Shown here in pieces: positions 7,559 to 17,473 of a stretch of 64,000 nucleotides of DNA. The position numbers were made by a program, and so were the translations under genes. The notes beneath the pieces were generated by a model. The model ran no database searches, was not told the DNA's origin, and was given only the letters and a program-made list of their open reading frames with translations. Each line of letters opens with the position of its first letter. Positions within the stretch are counted from its first letter, which is position 1. The DNA comes from Microgenomates group bacterium GW2011_GWC1_46_15 (lineage in GTDB: Bacteria; Patescibacteriota; Microgenomatia; UBA1400; UBA12028): positions 316,895 to 380,894 of the forward strand of contig LCLX01000001.1 of assembly GCA_001002285.1 (NCBI GenBank), read 5' to 3'.

Positions 7559-10285
7559 ATGACTTTAACGATGATCGGCACGGGTTTTGTGGGCGTTGTT
7601 TCCTCGGCGGTGTTTTCTTCTTTTGGAAACACAGTATATGGGCTTGATGTTGTTGAGGAGAAAATTGAGAAGCTCAAACGCGCCGAAATCCCCTTTTATG
7701 AACCAGGACTAAAAGAGTTGGTTGAAGAACAAATAAAAAAGGGCAATCTTCACTTTACAACGTCGTACCAAGAGGCAATTTCAGGTTCTGATGTTGTTAT
7801 TCTCGCTGTTGGAACTCCTTCTGCTGCGGATGGCCAGGCAGACTTAAAGTTTGTGTTTGCCGCGTGTGAAACACTTGCTCCGTTTTTAAAAGAAGGAGCC
7901 ATTGTTGCGATTAAAAGCACCGTACCTCCCGGAACGAATGCAAAAGTTGAACAGATTATTCGTGAAAAGACTCATGTGAAGTTCTTTACTGCGTCGTTGC
8001 CAGAGTTTTTGAAAGAAGGAACCGCGGTACAAGACACATTGCACCCGGATAGAATTCTCATTGGTGCGACAGACGCATCTGTTATTGAAAAATTAAAGAC
8101 GCTTCACGCCTCCTTGGGGGCTCCAGTCCTTGTGATGAAGCCGGAAAGCGCGCAAATGGCCAAGTATGCGGCCAATGCGTATCTCGCTACCCGCATCACG
8201 TTTATTAACCAAATTGCCAATCTTTGTGAGATCAATGGCGCCGATGTTTTGGAAGTGATTCAGGCGATTGGACAAGATAAACGAATTGGGGGCCATTATT
8301 GGTATCCCGGGCTTGGATATGGGGGGAGTTGTTTCAAGGGGAACGAAACAGTTTTTATGCTCAATAGTCCACGCGTGGCTCCTAGACGCTTGGATGAAAT
8401 TTTTCAGAAAGCAAATGAGTCAACTTCGATCGGTCGAGTCGAAGTTCGAGAAGCAAAAGATGCACGCGTACTGGCGTTTGACCTTCACACGGGAAATCCT
8501 ACTATTGCAGATGTACATGCGATAACCCGGCGACCATATCAAGGAGATATGGTGAAGATCACAACAAGTATGGGACGTTTGTTACACATAACTTCAGATC
8601 ATCCAGTTGTTCTTCGCGCCGAAAATACATTTATCATAACGCCTGCCTCACATGTTTCTGAGGGAGATCAGGTTATGGCACTTATGGAACTTCCAAAAAC
8701 TGAACGTACGACGGAACTGAACTTAATCGAGTTACTGCGGGGGACAAAGTTAGAAAAAACTGTGTACGTTTCTTCCATCGACGCATCTTTCGAGCAACAA
8801 TACCCGATATTTGTTCACCATATTCCAAAAAATATGCTCCATTACCCGCTGGAAATAAAGAAACATAACAGAATGTCACTAACACTCTTTCGTTATTTAG
8901 AAGAGCGCGGAGTACTTCACATTTCTTCCAAGAAACTTCAGGTATACACGGCAAAGGGAGCGGCAACAAAAATAAATGCTGTCATTTCCATTGATCAGGA
9001 CTTCATGCGGCTTTGCGGATACTATCTTGCAGAGGGATATATTGGCCTCGATGTAGGAAGGGTTGGCGCCCTGCGCAGCAGAATAGGGTTTTGTTTTAGT
9101 GAACGAGAATATGAATATATTTCCGATACCTGCGGCATTCTTAAACGCTTAGGAATGAAATATATTCAACGACATGCCACACACGCTATAACGACGATCG
9201 TGTCCTCACGAGTTTTTGCATGGGTGTTTCGTGATGTTTTAAAGATGGGGGTGCGTTCTGAGGATAAATCATTACCGCGAATTGCGTTTAATGTGCCGGA
9301 AGAATTACGTTTCGAACTTGTTCGTGGGATGTTTAGCGGGGATGGAGCGGTGACGAAAGTACAAAAAGGCCGCAATATGTTTTTTGAGTATGCAACAGTA
9401 AGTAAGTCACTTGCGGATGGAGCGGCATTTCTCTTGCAAACACTTGGTATCGTATCCTCTATTCGTGTACGCATGATGAACAAGTCTAAACATCAGGCAT
9501 ACATTCTTCGCATCAATGGATATCAACAAATGAAACAACTTATGAATGTGTTTGGAGAAAAACGACGGGATCAAATTCAAACAATACTTGCCGGTTATCA
9601 AAAACATATTAAGCAAAGCGGTTTTACACGATGCGGACCTTATACACTGCTCCGTGTCCAGAAAATCGAACGGGAAAAAGTTGATACCTTTGTGTATAGT
9701 TTGGAAACGAGTACAGGTACACTTATTGGTTCGTCCGGATTAATCGAACATAATTGTTTCCCCAAAGATGTGAAAGAGTTGGCCGCTTATGCCAAAGGAA
9801 TTGGTCAAAATGGCAATCTTATGGTCAAAGTAAGCGAGTTGAACGAAGAGCGGCCTTTAGCACTATTAGAGCGGTACGAGAAGCAAATCGGCGGTTGGGA
9901 AGGAAAAACGGTTGGTATACTCGGCCTTTCCTTTAAACCGAACACAGATGATATGCGGGAAGCTCCGAGTACGAAAGTTATTCCATATTTGTTGACAAAA
10001 AATACTCACATGAAAGCATACGATCCATTGGCGACAAAAACTGCTCAATCGTGGTTTCCCCAGTGGAACATAGAATATACTCAATCAACACAAGAAGCAT
10101 TGAAAGATTCGGATATTGTCATGCTTCTTATTGAGTGTGAAGAGTTTATTTCACTCTCCGTTTCTGACATTGCCGCCGGTATGAAGAAAGGCGGATGGTT
10201 TATTGATGTTCGCGACCAGTTTGCATCCAAGCGGAAAGAGTTCGACCAATACGGTATTCACTACATCGGGGTTGGCATTTCATGA
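7559..10285 (+). CDS. ugd: UDP-glucose 6-dehydrogenase precursor containing an intein
   Basis: IGTGFVG, AVGTP, IKSTVPPGT, PEFLKEG, KYAANAYLA, GLSFKPNTDDMREAPS; active-site GYGGS-CFPKD is split by an insertion. Confidence 0.95.
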   Translation: MTLTMIGTGFVGVVSSAVFSSFGNTVYGLDVVEEKIEKLKRAEIPFYEPGLKELVEEQIKKGNLHFTTSYQEAISGSDVVILAVGTPSAADGQADLKFVFAACETLAPFLKEGAIVAIKSTVPPGTNAKVEQIIREKTHVKFFTASLPEFLKEGTAVQDTLHPDRILIGATDASVIEKLKTLHASLGAPVLVMKPESAQMAKYAANAYLATRITFINQIANLCEINGADVLEVIQAIGQDKRIGGHYWYPGLGYGGSCFKGNETVFMLNSPRVAPRRLDEIFQKANESTSIGRVEVREAKDARVLAFDLHTGNPTIADVHAITRRPYQGDMVKITTSMGRLLHITSDHPVVLRAENTFIITPASHVSEGDQVMALMELPKTERTTELNLIELLRGTKLEKTVYVSSIDASFEQQYPIFVHHIPKNMLHYPLEIKKHNRMSLTLFRYLEERGVLHISSKKLQVYTAKGAATKINAVISIDQDFMRLCGYYLAEGYIGLDVGRVGALRSRIGFCFSEREYEYISDTCGILKRLGMKYIQRHATHAITTIVSSRVFAWVFRDVLKMGVRSEDKSLPRIAFNVPEELRFELVRGMFSGDGAVTKVQKGRNMFFEYATVSKSLADGAAFLLQTLGIVSSIRVRMMNKSKHQAYILRINGYQQMKQLMNVFGEKRRDQIQTILAGYQKHIKQSGFTRCGPYTLLRVQKIEREKVDTFVYSLETSTGTLIGSSGLIEHNCFPKDVKELAAYAKGIGQNGNLMVKVSELNEERPLALLERYEKQIGGWEGKTVGILGLSFKPNTDDMREAPSTKVIPYLLTKNTHMKAYDPLATKTAQSWFPQWNIEYTQSTQEALKDSDIVMLLIECEEFISLSVSDIAAGMKKGGWFIDVRDQFASKRKEFDQYGIHYIGVGIS
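8330..9754 (+). mobile_element. Intein (475 aa) with LAGLIDADG/DOD homing endonuclease
   Basis: Block A CFKGNETV, block B ITSDHPV, LAGLIDADG-like LCGYYLAEG and VRGMFSGDG, block F VYSLET, C-terminal HN followed by C+1. Confidence 0.95.
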
Positions 10286-11223
10286 AAATTCTTGTTACCG
10301 GCGCCTCCGGTTTTGCGGGCTCCCATCTGATTGAAGCATTAAAATCAGCCGGCCAGTCCGATATATACGGGACGGCATATGGAAACTCAAGTTATTTGGC
10401 GACGCTTATCCCCGAAGATCATATTATCAAAGTGAACTTGACGGATGCTGAGGCAACATTCACACTTATCGAAAAAGTCCAACCAGACCAGATTTACCAT
10501 CTCGCAGCATTTGCATTCGTCGGTGAAAGTTTTGACCGCGCTGCCGAACTTATGCAGAACAACATTGCTTTGCAGTTGAACATGTTGGAGGCGGTGCGCA
10601 AGTCTGCGCCCAAAGCGCGGCTTCTCGTCATTGGTTCTGCCGAAGAGTATGGGCTGAGCACAAAAGAGACGGAAAAAATCAATGAAGAACACCCATTTCG
10701 GCCAGTGAATCCATACGCGGTATCTAAAATAGCGCAAGATTTGTTGGGATACTCATACCAGGTTTCATACGGTCTTCAAGTGCTTCGCGTCCGCCCATTC
10801 AATCACATCGGTGAGCGCCAAACACCGGATTTTGCCATTCCCGCATTTGCCAAGCAAATTGTGGAGATAGAACGGGGGAAAAGCAGCAGCCTCAAAGTTG
10901 GCAATCTTGACGGCGTGCGTGATTTTACCGATGTGAAGGATATGGTGCGTGCATACATGACTATCATGGAAAAAGGAACGGTTGGCGAGGTGTATAACAT
11001 CGGAACCGGCATCGGGGTCAAAATGAAAGACGTTGTAGATAAGTTGGTTGCGTTGTCTACAGCAAAAATCCAGATTGAAGTAGATCAAACCCGCATGCGC
11101 CCACTTGATATTCCTTCGATTGTTGCTGATGCGTCTAAAATCATGGCGCTTGGGTGGAAACCAGAAATAGTACTAGATGAGACTCTAAAGAGGGTGGTAG
11201 AATATTGGAGAGTACAGAAATAA
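10282..11223 (+). CDS. rmd: GDP-4-keto-6-deoxy-D-mannose reductase (Rmd-like SDR)
   Basis: TGASGFAGSHL, IGSAEEYG, PYAVSK, RPFNHIGERQ, VGNLDGVRDFTDV; next to gmd. Confidence 0.75.
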   Translation: MKILVTGASGFAGSHLIEALKSAGQSDIYGTAYGNSSYLATLIPEDHIIKVNLTDAEATFTLIEKVQPDQIYHLAAFAFVGESFDRAAELMQNNIALQLNMLEAVRKSAPKARLLVIGSAEEYGLSTKETEKINEEHPFRPVNPYAVSKIAQDLLGYSYQVSYGLQVLRVRPFNHIGERQTPDFAIPAFAKQIVEIERGKSSSLKVGNLDGVRDFTDVKDMVRAYMTIMEKGTVGEVYNIGTGIGVKMKDVVDKLVALSTAKIQIEVDQTRMRPLDIPSIVADASKIMALGWKPEIVLDETLKRVVEYWRVQK

Positions 11224-11232
11224 GGAGGATGT

Positions 11233-11676
11233 ATGGTTTCGCTTGTTTCGCCCGAACTTGATGCGCAGATTAATGAACTTCATAAACTCGTTGAACCTTT
11301 ACGCGAAAAAGTTGAGAAATTGAGAGAGTTACGGAAAAATGCTCCCGAAAGCATGAAGCGTGGCGATGGATATGTTCATGAAATTTCAGAGATTATTCAT
11401 GCAAAAGACCTTCGGGTTGAAGAAATTGTTCAACAACTTGAAAAACTGAAAACAGCTATTCGTGGTGATGAAGTGTTGCTGGAGAGTTATCGTGATGCAT
11501 TTTTGGATAGAATTGCAAAAGAGAAACAGAATCTTATTGAGGATGGAAAAAAGATATTGGAAATTCAGCCAGATGAAGCTGCACTTCAGACATTTTTGGA
11601 AAATGAAATTAGGGGATCAAGGTATCCAGTCACGTCAATTGTGGGGTATTTTTCCCCAACAGAAAGCGACGTCTAA
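11233..11676 (+). CDS. Hypothetical helical/coiled-coil protein
   Basis: 147-aa ORF with strong SD AAGGAGG; rich in E/K/L; no recognisable motif. Confidence 0.7.
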   Translation: MVSLVSPELDAQINELHKLVEPLREKVEKLRELRKNAPESMKRGDGYVHEISEIIHAKDLRVEEIVQQLEKLKTAIRGDEVLLESYRDAFLDRIAKEKQNLIEDGKKILEIQPDEAALQTFLENEIRGSRYPVTSIVGYFSPTESDV

Positions 11677-11726
11677 TATAGAAACCCCTAGGAATTTGCA
11701 AAATCTGCTGTAGGAAAAAATAGCAT

Positions 11727-12698
11727 ATGCCTAAAAAAGCACTTATCACTGGCATTACCGGCCAAGACGGCTCCTACCTCGCCGAGTTTCTCCTCGAAAA
11801 AGGATATAGCGTGTACGGCCTTACCCGTCGCACGAGCACGCAGAACTTTGAGCGCATTAAACACATCATTCACGACGTTGAACTTGTTTCCGGTGACCTC
11901 ATTGACCAGCACTCCATCACGAACGCCGTTCACACAATTCAACCGGATGAGGTGTATAACTTAGCCGCGCAGAGCTTTGTTCAGGCATCTTGGGAACAGC
12001 CAGTGTTGACTGGCGAGTTTACCGCACTTGGTGTTACACGTGTCTTGGAAGCCGTGAAGCTTGCCAAACAGGACGCCAAGTTTTACCAAGCCTCGAGCTC
12101 CGAAATGTTCGGCAAAGTGTTAGAAACACCGCAGAAAGAAACGACACCATTCTATCCCCGCTCGCCGTATGGTATTGCCAAAGTATATGGTCACTGGATC
12201 ACGGTGAACTACCGCGAGTCGTTCAACATGTTCGCGTGTTCAGGCATATTGTTTAACCACGAGTCGCCGCGGCGTGGGCTTGAGTTTGTAACGCGTAAAA
12301 TCGCAAACGGTGTTGCGCGGGTAAAGTATGGTATGCAAAAAACCATTAAACTTGGCAATCTCGAATCAAAACGTGACTGGGGATATGCTCCGGACTACGT
12401 CGAGGCAATGTGGCTCATGCTTCAGCAAGATAAACCGGATGATTTTGTGATCGCAACGGGAGAAACACACTCCGGCAGTGAATTTCTCGAGGAAGCGTGC
12501 AAAGTTGTGGGGATTTCGGATTGGAAAGCGGTGTACGAGCATGATGCCAAGTATGATAGGCCGGCGGAGGTTGATTTTCTCATTGGTGACGCGTCAAAAG
12601 CGAAAAAAGTTCTCGGGTGGTCCCCCAAGACGAGTTTCAAAGACCTTGTCCGCATTATGGTTGAGGCAGAGTTAGAATCGGAAAAGAATCAGACCTAA
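11727..12698 (+). CDS. gmd: GDP-mannose 4,6-dehydratase
   Basis: [57 protein letters not shown]. Confidence 0.97.
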   Translation: MPKKALITGITGQDGSYLAEFLLEKGYSVYGLTRRTSTQNFERIKHIIHDVELVSGDLIDQHSITNAVHTIQPDEVYNLAAQSFVQASWEQPVLTGEFTALGVTRVLEAVKLAKQDAKFYQASSSEMFGKVLETPQKETTPFYPRSPYGIAKVYGHWITVNYRESFNMFACSGILFNHESPRRGLEFVTRKIANGVARVKYGMQKTIKLGNLESKRDWGYAPDYVEAMWLMLQQDKPDDFVIATGETHSGSEFLEEACKVVGISDWKAVYEHDAKYDRPAEVDFLIGDASKAKKVLGWSPKTSFKDLVRIMVEAELESEKNQT

Positions 12699-12757
12699 GA
12701 GTCTGCTTGAAAAGTCGCATCTTCACTTGGTCCAAAAGACATGGAATAATGACACCT

Positions 12758-13969
12758 ATGAAGATTTCGCGTGTAGTCATGATCATTCCAACGTACAACG
12801 AAAAAGAGAACATCTCTAAACTTATTCCGGTGCTTCAACAGGTTTTTTCCCGCGTTCCTAAAAAATATGAGATGCACATTCTGATTGTTGATGATAGTTC
12901 TCCCGATGGAACGGGAAATGTTGTTGAAAAGTTTTCACTGTCGAATAAAAACGTTCACTTGTTGACGAATCCAAAAAAAGGCGGATTGGGTGCGGCATAC
13001 ATGCGCGGGATGACCGAGGCGTTTGGTCCACTCAAAGCAGATCTTATTTTTGAGTTTGATGCGGATTTTTCGCACGATCCAGAAAAAATTCCGGAGTTTT
13101 TGCAGAAAATTGATGAAGGGTATGAGTTTGTCCTTGGTTCACGGTATATTCCCGGTGGTTCTATTCCTCCCAACTGGGGGTGGCACCGGAAGTTTCTCAG
13201 TATCTACGGCAACCTGTTTATTAATTTGGTATTGACGACGTTGGCTGTTCACGACTGGACAACAGGATACCGGGCGATTACTAAAAAAGTGTACATTGCC
13301 GTCCGCGATGAAATGAAAGGTGAACGATTTACCGGATATACCTGGCAAATTGGATTTCTGCACAAAGCAATGCGGAAAGGATTCAAAATTACCGAAGTGC
13401 CGTTCAAGTTTGTTGATCGTACAATGGGACACTCAAAACTCGGTGCGGAGTACATTAAAAATACGTTTATGTATATCGTAAAAGTGCGCTTGCAGGAAAT
13501 TTTTGCGATGCGCGTATTTAAGTTCGGCATGGTAGGTGGATTGGGATTTGTCATTAACACGCTTGGTTTGTTTCTTTTTAGCAGACTTCCGGTTGTTGTA
13601 TCGCTCTCAAATGCGTTATATACCACGACGAAACTCAGCATGGTAAATGTTTCGGGATTGGCGGCGGCACTTGGTGCGGAGTGTGCGATTATTTCAAACT
13701 TTACATGGAACAACCTGTGGACATTCCACGACAGAAAGCTTACAAGTGCGTGGAGCATTTTTCCAAAGTTTATTCAGTTTAATCTTGCCTCGTTTGGCGC
13801 AGTTGCCATTCAATTTTTAGTTGTTGGTGCGGGAACCGCGGTAACGGGACAAACAACATTTTGGCGGTTTTTCTGGCTCGTTGTGGCAACGGCAATAGGA
13901 ATGGTGTTGAACTATATTGTCTATAGCACATTTATTTGGAAAGTAAAAAAACCACATCCTGCAGTATGA
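12758..13969 (+). CDS. Polyprenol-phosphate mannose synthase-like GT2 fused to a GtrA-like flippase domain
   Basis: IPTYNEKENI, VDDSSPDGTG, FDADFSHDP, GSRYIPGG; C-terminal FKFGMVGG...ISNFTWNNLWTF four-TM GtrA pattern. Confidence 0.9.
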   Translation: MKISRVVMIIPTYNEKENISKLIPVLQQVFSRVPKKYEMHILIVDDSSPDGTGNVVEKFSLSNKNVHLLTNPKKGGLGAAYMRGMTEAFGPLKADLIFEFDADFSHDPEKIPEFLQKIDEGYEFVLGSRYIPGGSIPPNWGWHRKFLSIYGNLFINLVLTTLAVHDWTTGYRAITKKVYIAVRDEMKGERFTGYTWQIGFLHKAMRKGFKITEVPFKFVDRTMGHSKLGAEYIKNTFMYIVKVRLQEIFAMRVFKFGMVGGLGFVINTLGLFLFSRLPVVVSLSNALYTTTKLSMVNVSGLAAALGAECAIISNFTWNNLWTFHDRKLTSAWSIFPKFIQFNLASFGAVAIQFLVVGAGTAVTGQTTFWRFFWLVVATAIGMVLNYIVYSTFIWKVKKPHPAV

Positions 13970-15471
13970 AGAAGTCTTACCTCTTTTTAGTGATTTTAAT
14001 GCTAATTGCTTCTTTTGTCCGATTTTTCCGGTTTACCGATTATCTCGAGTTTTTAGACGATCAAGGACGTGACGCGATTGTGATGAAGCGTATTCTCATA
14101 GATCACGATTTAACATTACTTGGTCCGGGTACGAGCGTTGGAAACATGTATCTTGGCCCACTCTACTACTATGCGATGACGCCGTTTTTGGCGCTCACAT
14201 ATCCCGATCCCACTGGTCCCGCATATGGAATGGCGCTACTCGGGGTTATGACGGTGGCACTCGTCTTTCTTTTGGGTAAGGAAATGGTTGGTGAACGTGC
14301 TGCTGGCATGGCGGCACTGCTGTATGCAACTGCGCCTGTCGTCATGCATCTTTCGCGATTTAGCTGGCAGCCCAATCCCGCGCCGTTTTTTGGTTTACTC
14401 ATGATGTGGTGCACGTACCGCGCGCTTAAAGGAAAAACATGGTATTGGTTGGGAGTTGGACTGAGTTTTGCGGTCATGACACAACTGCACTATGTTGCGA
14501 TGCTGACGCTTTTTCCTTCCGCGATGTTGTTTTTGTATGATGCGTGGAAACATCCAAAGAAACGCACAACGCATATTCAGATTGCCCTGTTGTCATTTTT
14601 CGCTGTTTTTCTTGTGTTTTCTCCTTTGATTGCGTTTGATCTTCGCCATGACCACCTTATTCTTAAAGGTTTCCAAGAGTTTCTTACTTCCCAGCACCAA
14701 ACCTCGCCTCTTTCTGACAGGATCGCACGATTCTTTCTCGATTTGCACGGGCGTGGACTACAAACCATTGTGGAAACACTGGGACTGCCGCACACCACAA
14801 TGACCGACCGCGAAGTAAATACAATACTGCTTGTAGTGTTTATTGTGAGCGCTATTTTTATTGCGTATACAAGAGTGAAAAAGAACAAAAATAGCACGGC
14901 GGAACTCATACTCTATGTATGGATTGGTATGACGATTATCGGGTTGTGTATGTATAGGAACACGGTATATCCACATTATTTTGCATTTCTTTTCCCTGCG
15001 ATATTTCTCGTTACAGGAATGATTTTTGCACACCTTGCATCGTTGCGGAAGTTTTTACTGCCGGTTGTATGGGGTGTTGTTGCGCTCCTTGCATTGTTAA
15101 ACGCTGGACAACTGAGCATTTGGCGCCACAAAGATTCTGACATGAAGCTTTTCCGCACGATTGTCCAGGATATTTCTTCCTCAATTAAGCCAGGAGAACG
15201 ATATAACCTTGCGCTGCTGAACTCGAACAGGGAATATCGTGCGATGAAGTACCGCTACTTTTTTGAGGTAAGCGATAAACAACCGCAGTCACAGTATGAC
15301 TACATGAATTTGGATAAACTTATTGTTGTTGTAGAGAACGGTGAACAGCCATTGAAAGCACCCATTTTTGAAGTGCAACAATTTATGCGCGAAGTCAAAA
15401 AACCAGTTCTACTGACAAAGAAAAGTTATCAGGGTAAGATTATAGAAGTGTACGTTTTTTCGAGAAAGTAA
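13966..15471 (+). CDS. GT-C membrane glycosyltransferase (ArnT/PMT_2-like)
   Basis: DDQGRD, LLGPGTS, YLGPLYYY, SRFSWQPN, QLHY; many TM segments. Confidence 0.82.
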   Translation: MKKSYLFLVILMLIASFVRFFRFTDYLEFLDDQGRDAIVMKRILIDHDLTLLGPGTSVGNMYLGPLYYYAMTPFLALTYPDPTGPAYGMALLGVMTVALVFLLGKEMVGERAAGMAALLYATAPVVMHLSRFSWQPNPAPFFGLLMMWCTYRALKGKTWYWLGVGLSFAVMTQLHYVAMLTLFPSAMLFLYDAWKHPKKRTTHIQIALLSFFAVFLVFSPLIAFDLRHDHLILKGFQEFLTSQHQTSPLSDRIARFFLDLHGRGLQTIVETLGLPHTTMTDREVNTILLVVFIVSAIFIAYTRVKKNKNSTAELILYVWIGMTIIGLCMYRNTVYPHYFAFLFPAIFLVTGMIFAHLASLRKFLLPVVWGVVALLALLNAGQLSIWRHKDSDMKLFRTIVQDISSSIKPGERYNLALLNSNREYRAMKYRYFFEVSDKQPQSQYDYMNLDKLIVVVENGEQPLKAPIFEVQQFMREVKKPVLLTKKSYQGKIIEVYVFSRK

Positions 15472-15482
15472 CGAGAATAACT

Positions 15483-16265
15483 ATGCAGTCAGCGAAAACA
15501 TCAGTAAGAATTTCAGTCATTTTGCCCTCATACAACGAGATGCAAAATATTTCCCGCGGTGTTCTTGATGAGGTCTATGCCTATCTTGAAAAACAATCAT
15601 ATAGTTGGGAGATTGTTTTGACTGATGATGGTTCAACGGACGGAACGTTGGATGCGTTATACGCGTTTGAAAAAACACACGACCATGTAATGGTGATAAA
15701 CAATCCGCATCAGGGAAAAGGCCCAACTGTTGCGAATGGAATGTTGGCGGCACGTGGGAAACTCCGGCTGTTCTCCGATTTTGACCAAGCAACGCCGATT
15801 CATGAAGTTGAGCGCCTTCTGCCTTTTTTTGATGACAGATACGATATAGTAATCGGTTCACGCGAAGTTCAGGGGGCGCGGCGGGAAAAAGAACCGTTTC
15901 ACCGCCATATTATGGGAAAGGGATTCAACCTTTTTGTGAAGTTGTTTACTGTCCGTGGCATCCAAGACACGCAGTGTGGATTCAAAATGTTTACAGATCA
16001 GGCCGCCAAAACGCTGTTTCCAATGTTATCTGTGTACAAAGCAGGGAATGTCCGCGGCGATGCATTTACCGGCGCGTTTGATGTTGAACTGTTATACATT
16101 GCAAAGAAAAAAAACCTCAAGATCGCTGAGGTCCCTGTGTTTTGGAAACATATTAAAACAAATCGCGTTGACCCGATCAAAGACTCTACGCGCATGCTGA
16201 TTGATCTCGTCAAAATACGCTTTTCAGACATGCTGGGGGCGTACTCCGAAACACGAAAACAATGA
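15483..16265 (+). CDS. Dolichyl/polyprenyl-phosphate glucosyltransferase-like GT2 (ALG5-like)
   Basis: PSYNE, DDGSTDGT, LFSDFDQATP, IGSR, DTQCGFKMF, AFDVELL. Confidence 0.88.
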   Translation: MQSAKTSVRISVILPSYNEMQNISRGVLDEVYAYLEKQSYSWEIVLTDDGSTDGTLDALYAFEKTHDHVMVINNPHQGKGPTVANGMLAARGKLRLFSDFDQATPIHEVERLLPFFDDRYDIVIGSREVQGARREKEPFHRHIMGKGFNLFVKLFTVRGIQDTQCGFKMFTDQAAKTLFPMLSVYKAGNVRGDAFTGAFDVELLYIAKKKNLKIAEVPVFWKHIKTNRVDPIKDSTRMLIDLVKIRFSDMLGAYSETRKQ

Positions 16266-17461
16266 AAAAACTCTTTCTTCAACTGCTTCTCATCATTCCG
16301 TTTATTTTATTTGGTGTGTATTCGTACGCGCAGACTGATCCCAATTTAGTCATTTCGTCATACCCTCCGTACTGGAAGTTCCAACAACACATGTGGCAGT
16401 TGGGATATCACCAGCGGCCGCAGTCTACCGAGATATACGCAGGGATTATTGTTCTGATGTTTATTGCTTCAGTTGTTGCGGTTCGCAAGTTATCTAAACT
16501 CGCGCTGTTTCCATTTTTTTTGAGTGTTGTACTAATTCTTATCTTTGCATACCCCGCACTTTCGCATGATCTTTTCAACTACATGTTCAATGCAAAAATG
16601 GTCACGGTATACCATGCAAATCCACATCAACACGTTGCGCTGGAGTTCCCGAGCGACGATTGGTTACGGTTTATGCACAACACGCACACACCAGCACCGT
16701 ATGGATATGGATGGACCGTTCTCTCTTTACTCCCGTACGCTTTTGGCATGAATAAGTTCAACCCGACCTACTATTTGTTTAAAACATTTATGGTTGTTGG
16801 ATTATTTGGGCTATTTTATGTGCAAAAACGCATTGCAGTACTGTTGAAAGAAGAAAAACAGTGGAGCATTTCACGATGGTTGTTTTTTCTCAGCCCTTTG
16901 GTGCTCATTGAAACAATTGGAAACGCCCATAATGATGTGTGGATGATTGCGCTGGCACTTGGTTCGATGTGGATGGCGTTTCTTTCACTCAAACAAAAAA
17001 AGATGATGATGTGGATAGCCTACGCCGTATCCTCGCTTGCGTTTCTTGCGGCATCAATCTCGATAAAATTTGCAACGATTGTTCTTCTTCCGGTTGTGGT
17101 TATTCTTATGTTTTCAAGCCGTGTGAAAAATAAGATGATTGCAATAATTACCCGCTACTGGGCAGATATTTCTGCTGTTTTGCTCTTTCTGCCATTGCTT
17201 ACCGAGCGGTCTCAACAGTTTCATCCGTGGTACCTCATCTGGAGTTTAGCGTTTGTCCCATTTATGCAAAAAACATGGCTTAAAGTGTGGATATTGGCGT
17301 TCTCTCTCTCAAGCATGTTCCGGTATGTTCCATTCCTCTACTATGGCGAGTACACACCACGGGAACTACAGCAGGAGTTACTTATTACTTGGGCGGGAGG
17401 TATCGGGGTATTTGTGGTGTGGGGGTTGGTACGCAAATTCAGTGTTGCAAGTCATAAATAA
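16262..17461 (+). CDS. GT-C mannosyltransferase, MptA/MptB-like
   Basis: LSHDLFNY, APYGYGW, GNAHNDVWM, SIKF, HPWYLIW resemble the actinobacterial MptA/B pattern. Confidence 0.7.
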   Translation: MKKLFLQLLLIIPFILFGVYSYAQTDPNLVISSYPPYWKFQQHMWQLGYHQRPQSTEIYAGIIVLMFIASVVAVRKLSKLALFPFFLSVVLILIFAYPALSHDLFNYMFNAKMVTVYHANPHQHVALEFPSDDWLRFMHNTHTPAPYGYGWTVLSLLPYAFGMNKFNPTYYLFKTFMVVGLFGLFYVQKRIAVLLKEEKQWSISRWLFFLSPLVLIETIGNAHNDVWMIALALGSMWMAFLSLKQKKMMMWIAYAVSSLAFLAASISIKFATIVLLPVVVILMFSSRVKNKMIAIITRYWADISAVLLFLPLLTERSQQFHPWYLIWSLAFVPFMQKTWLKVWILAFSLSSMFRYVPFLYYGEYTPRELQQELLITWAGGIGVFVVWGLVRKFSVASHK

Positions 17462-17473
17462 TGTTCAGAATTA

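Noticed and set aside
11677-11726. Searched for an rmd or gmd duplication scar after the orphan ORF
   Set aside because: No convincing nucleotide or peptide similarity
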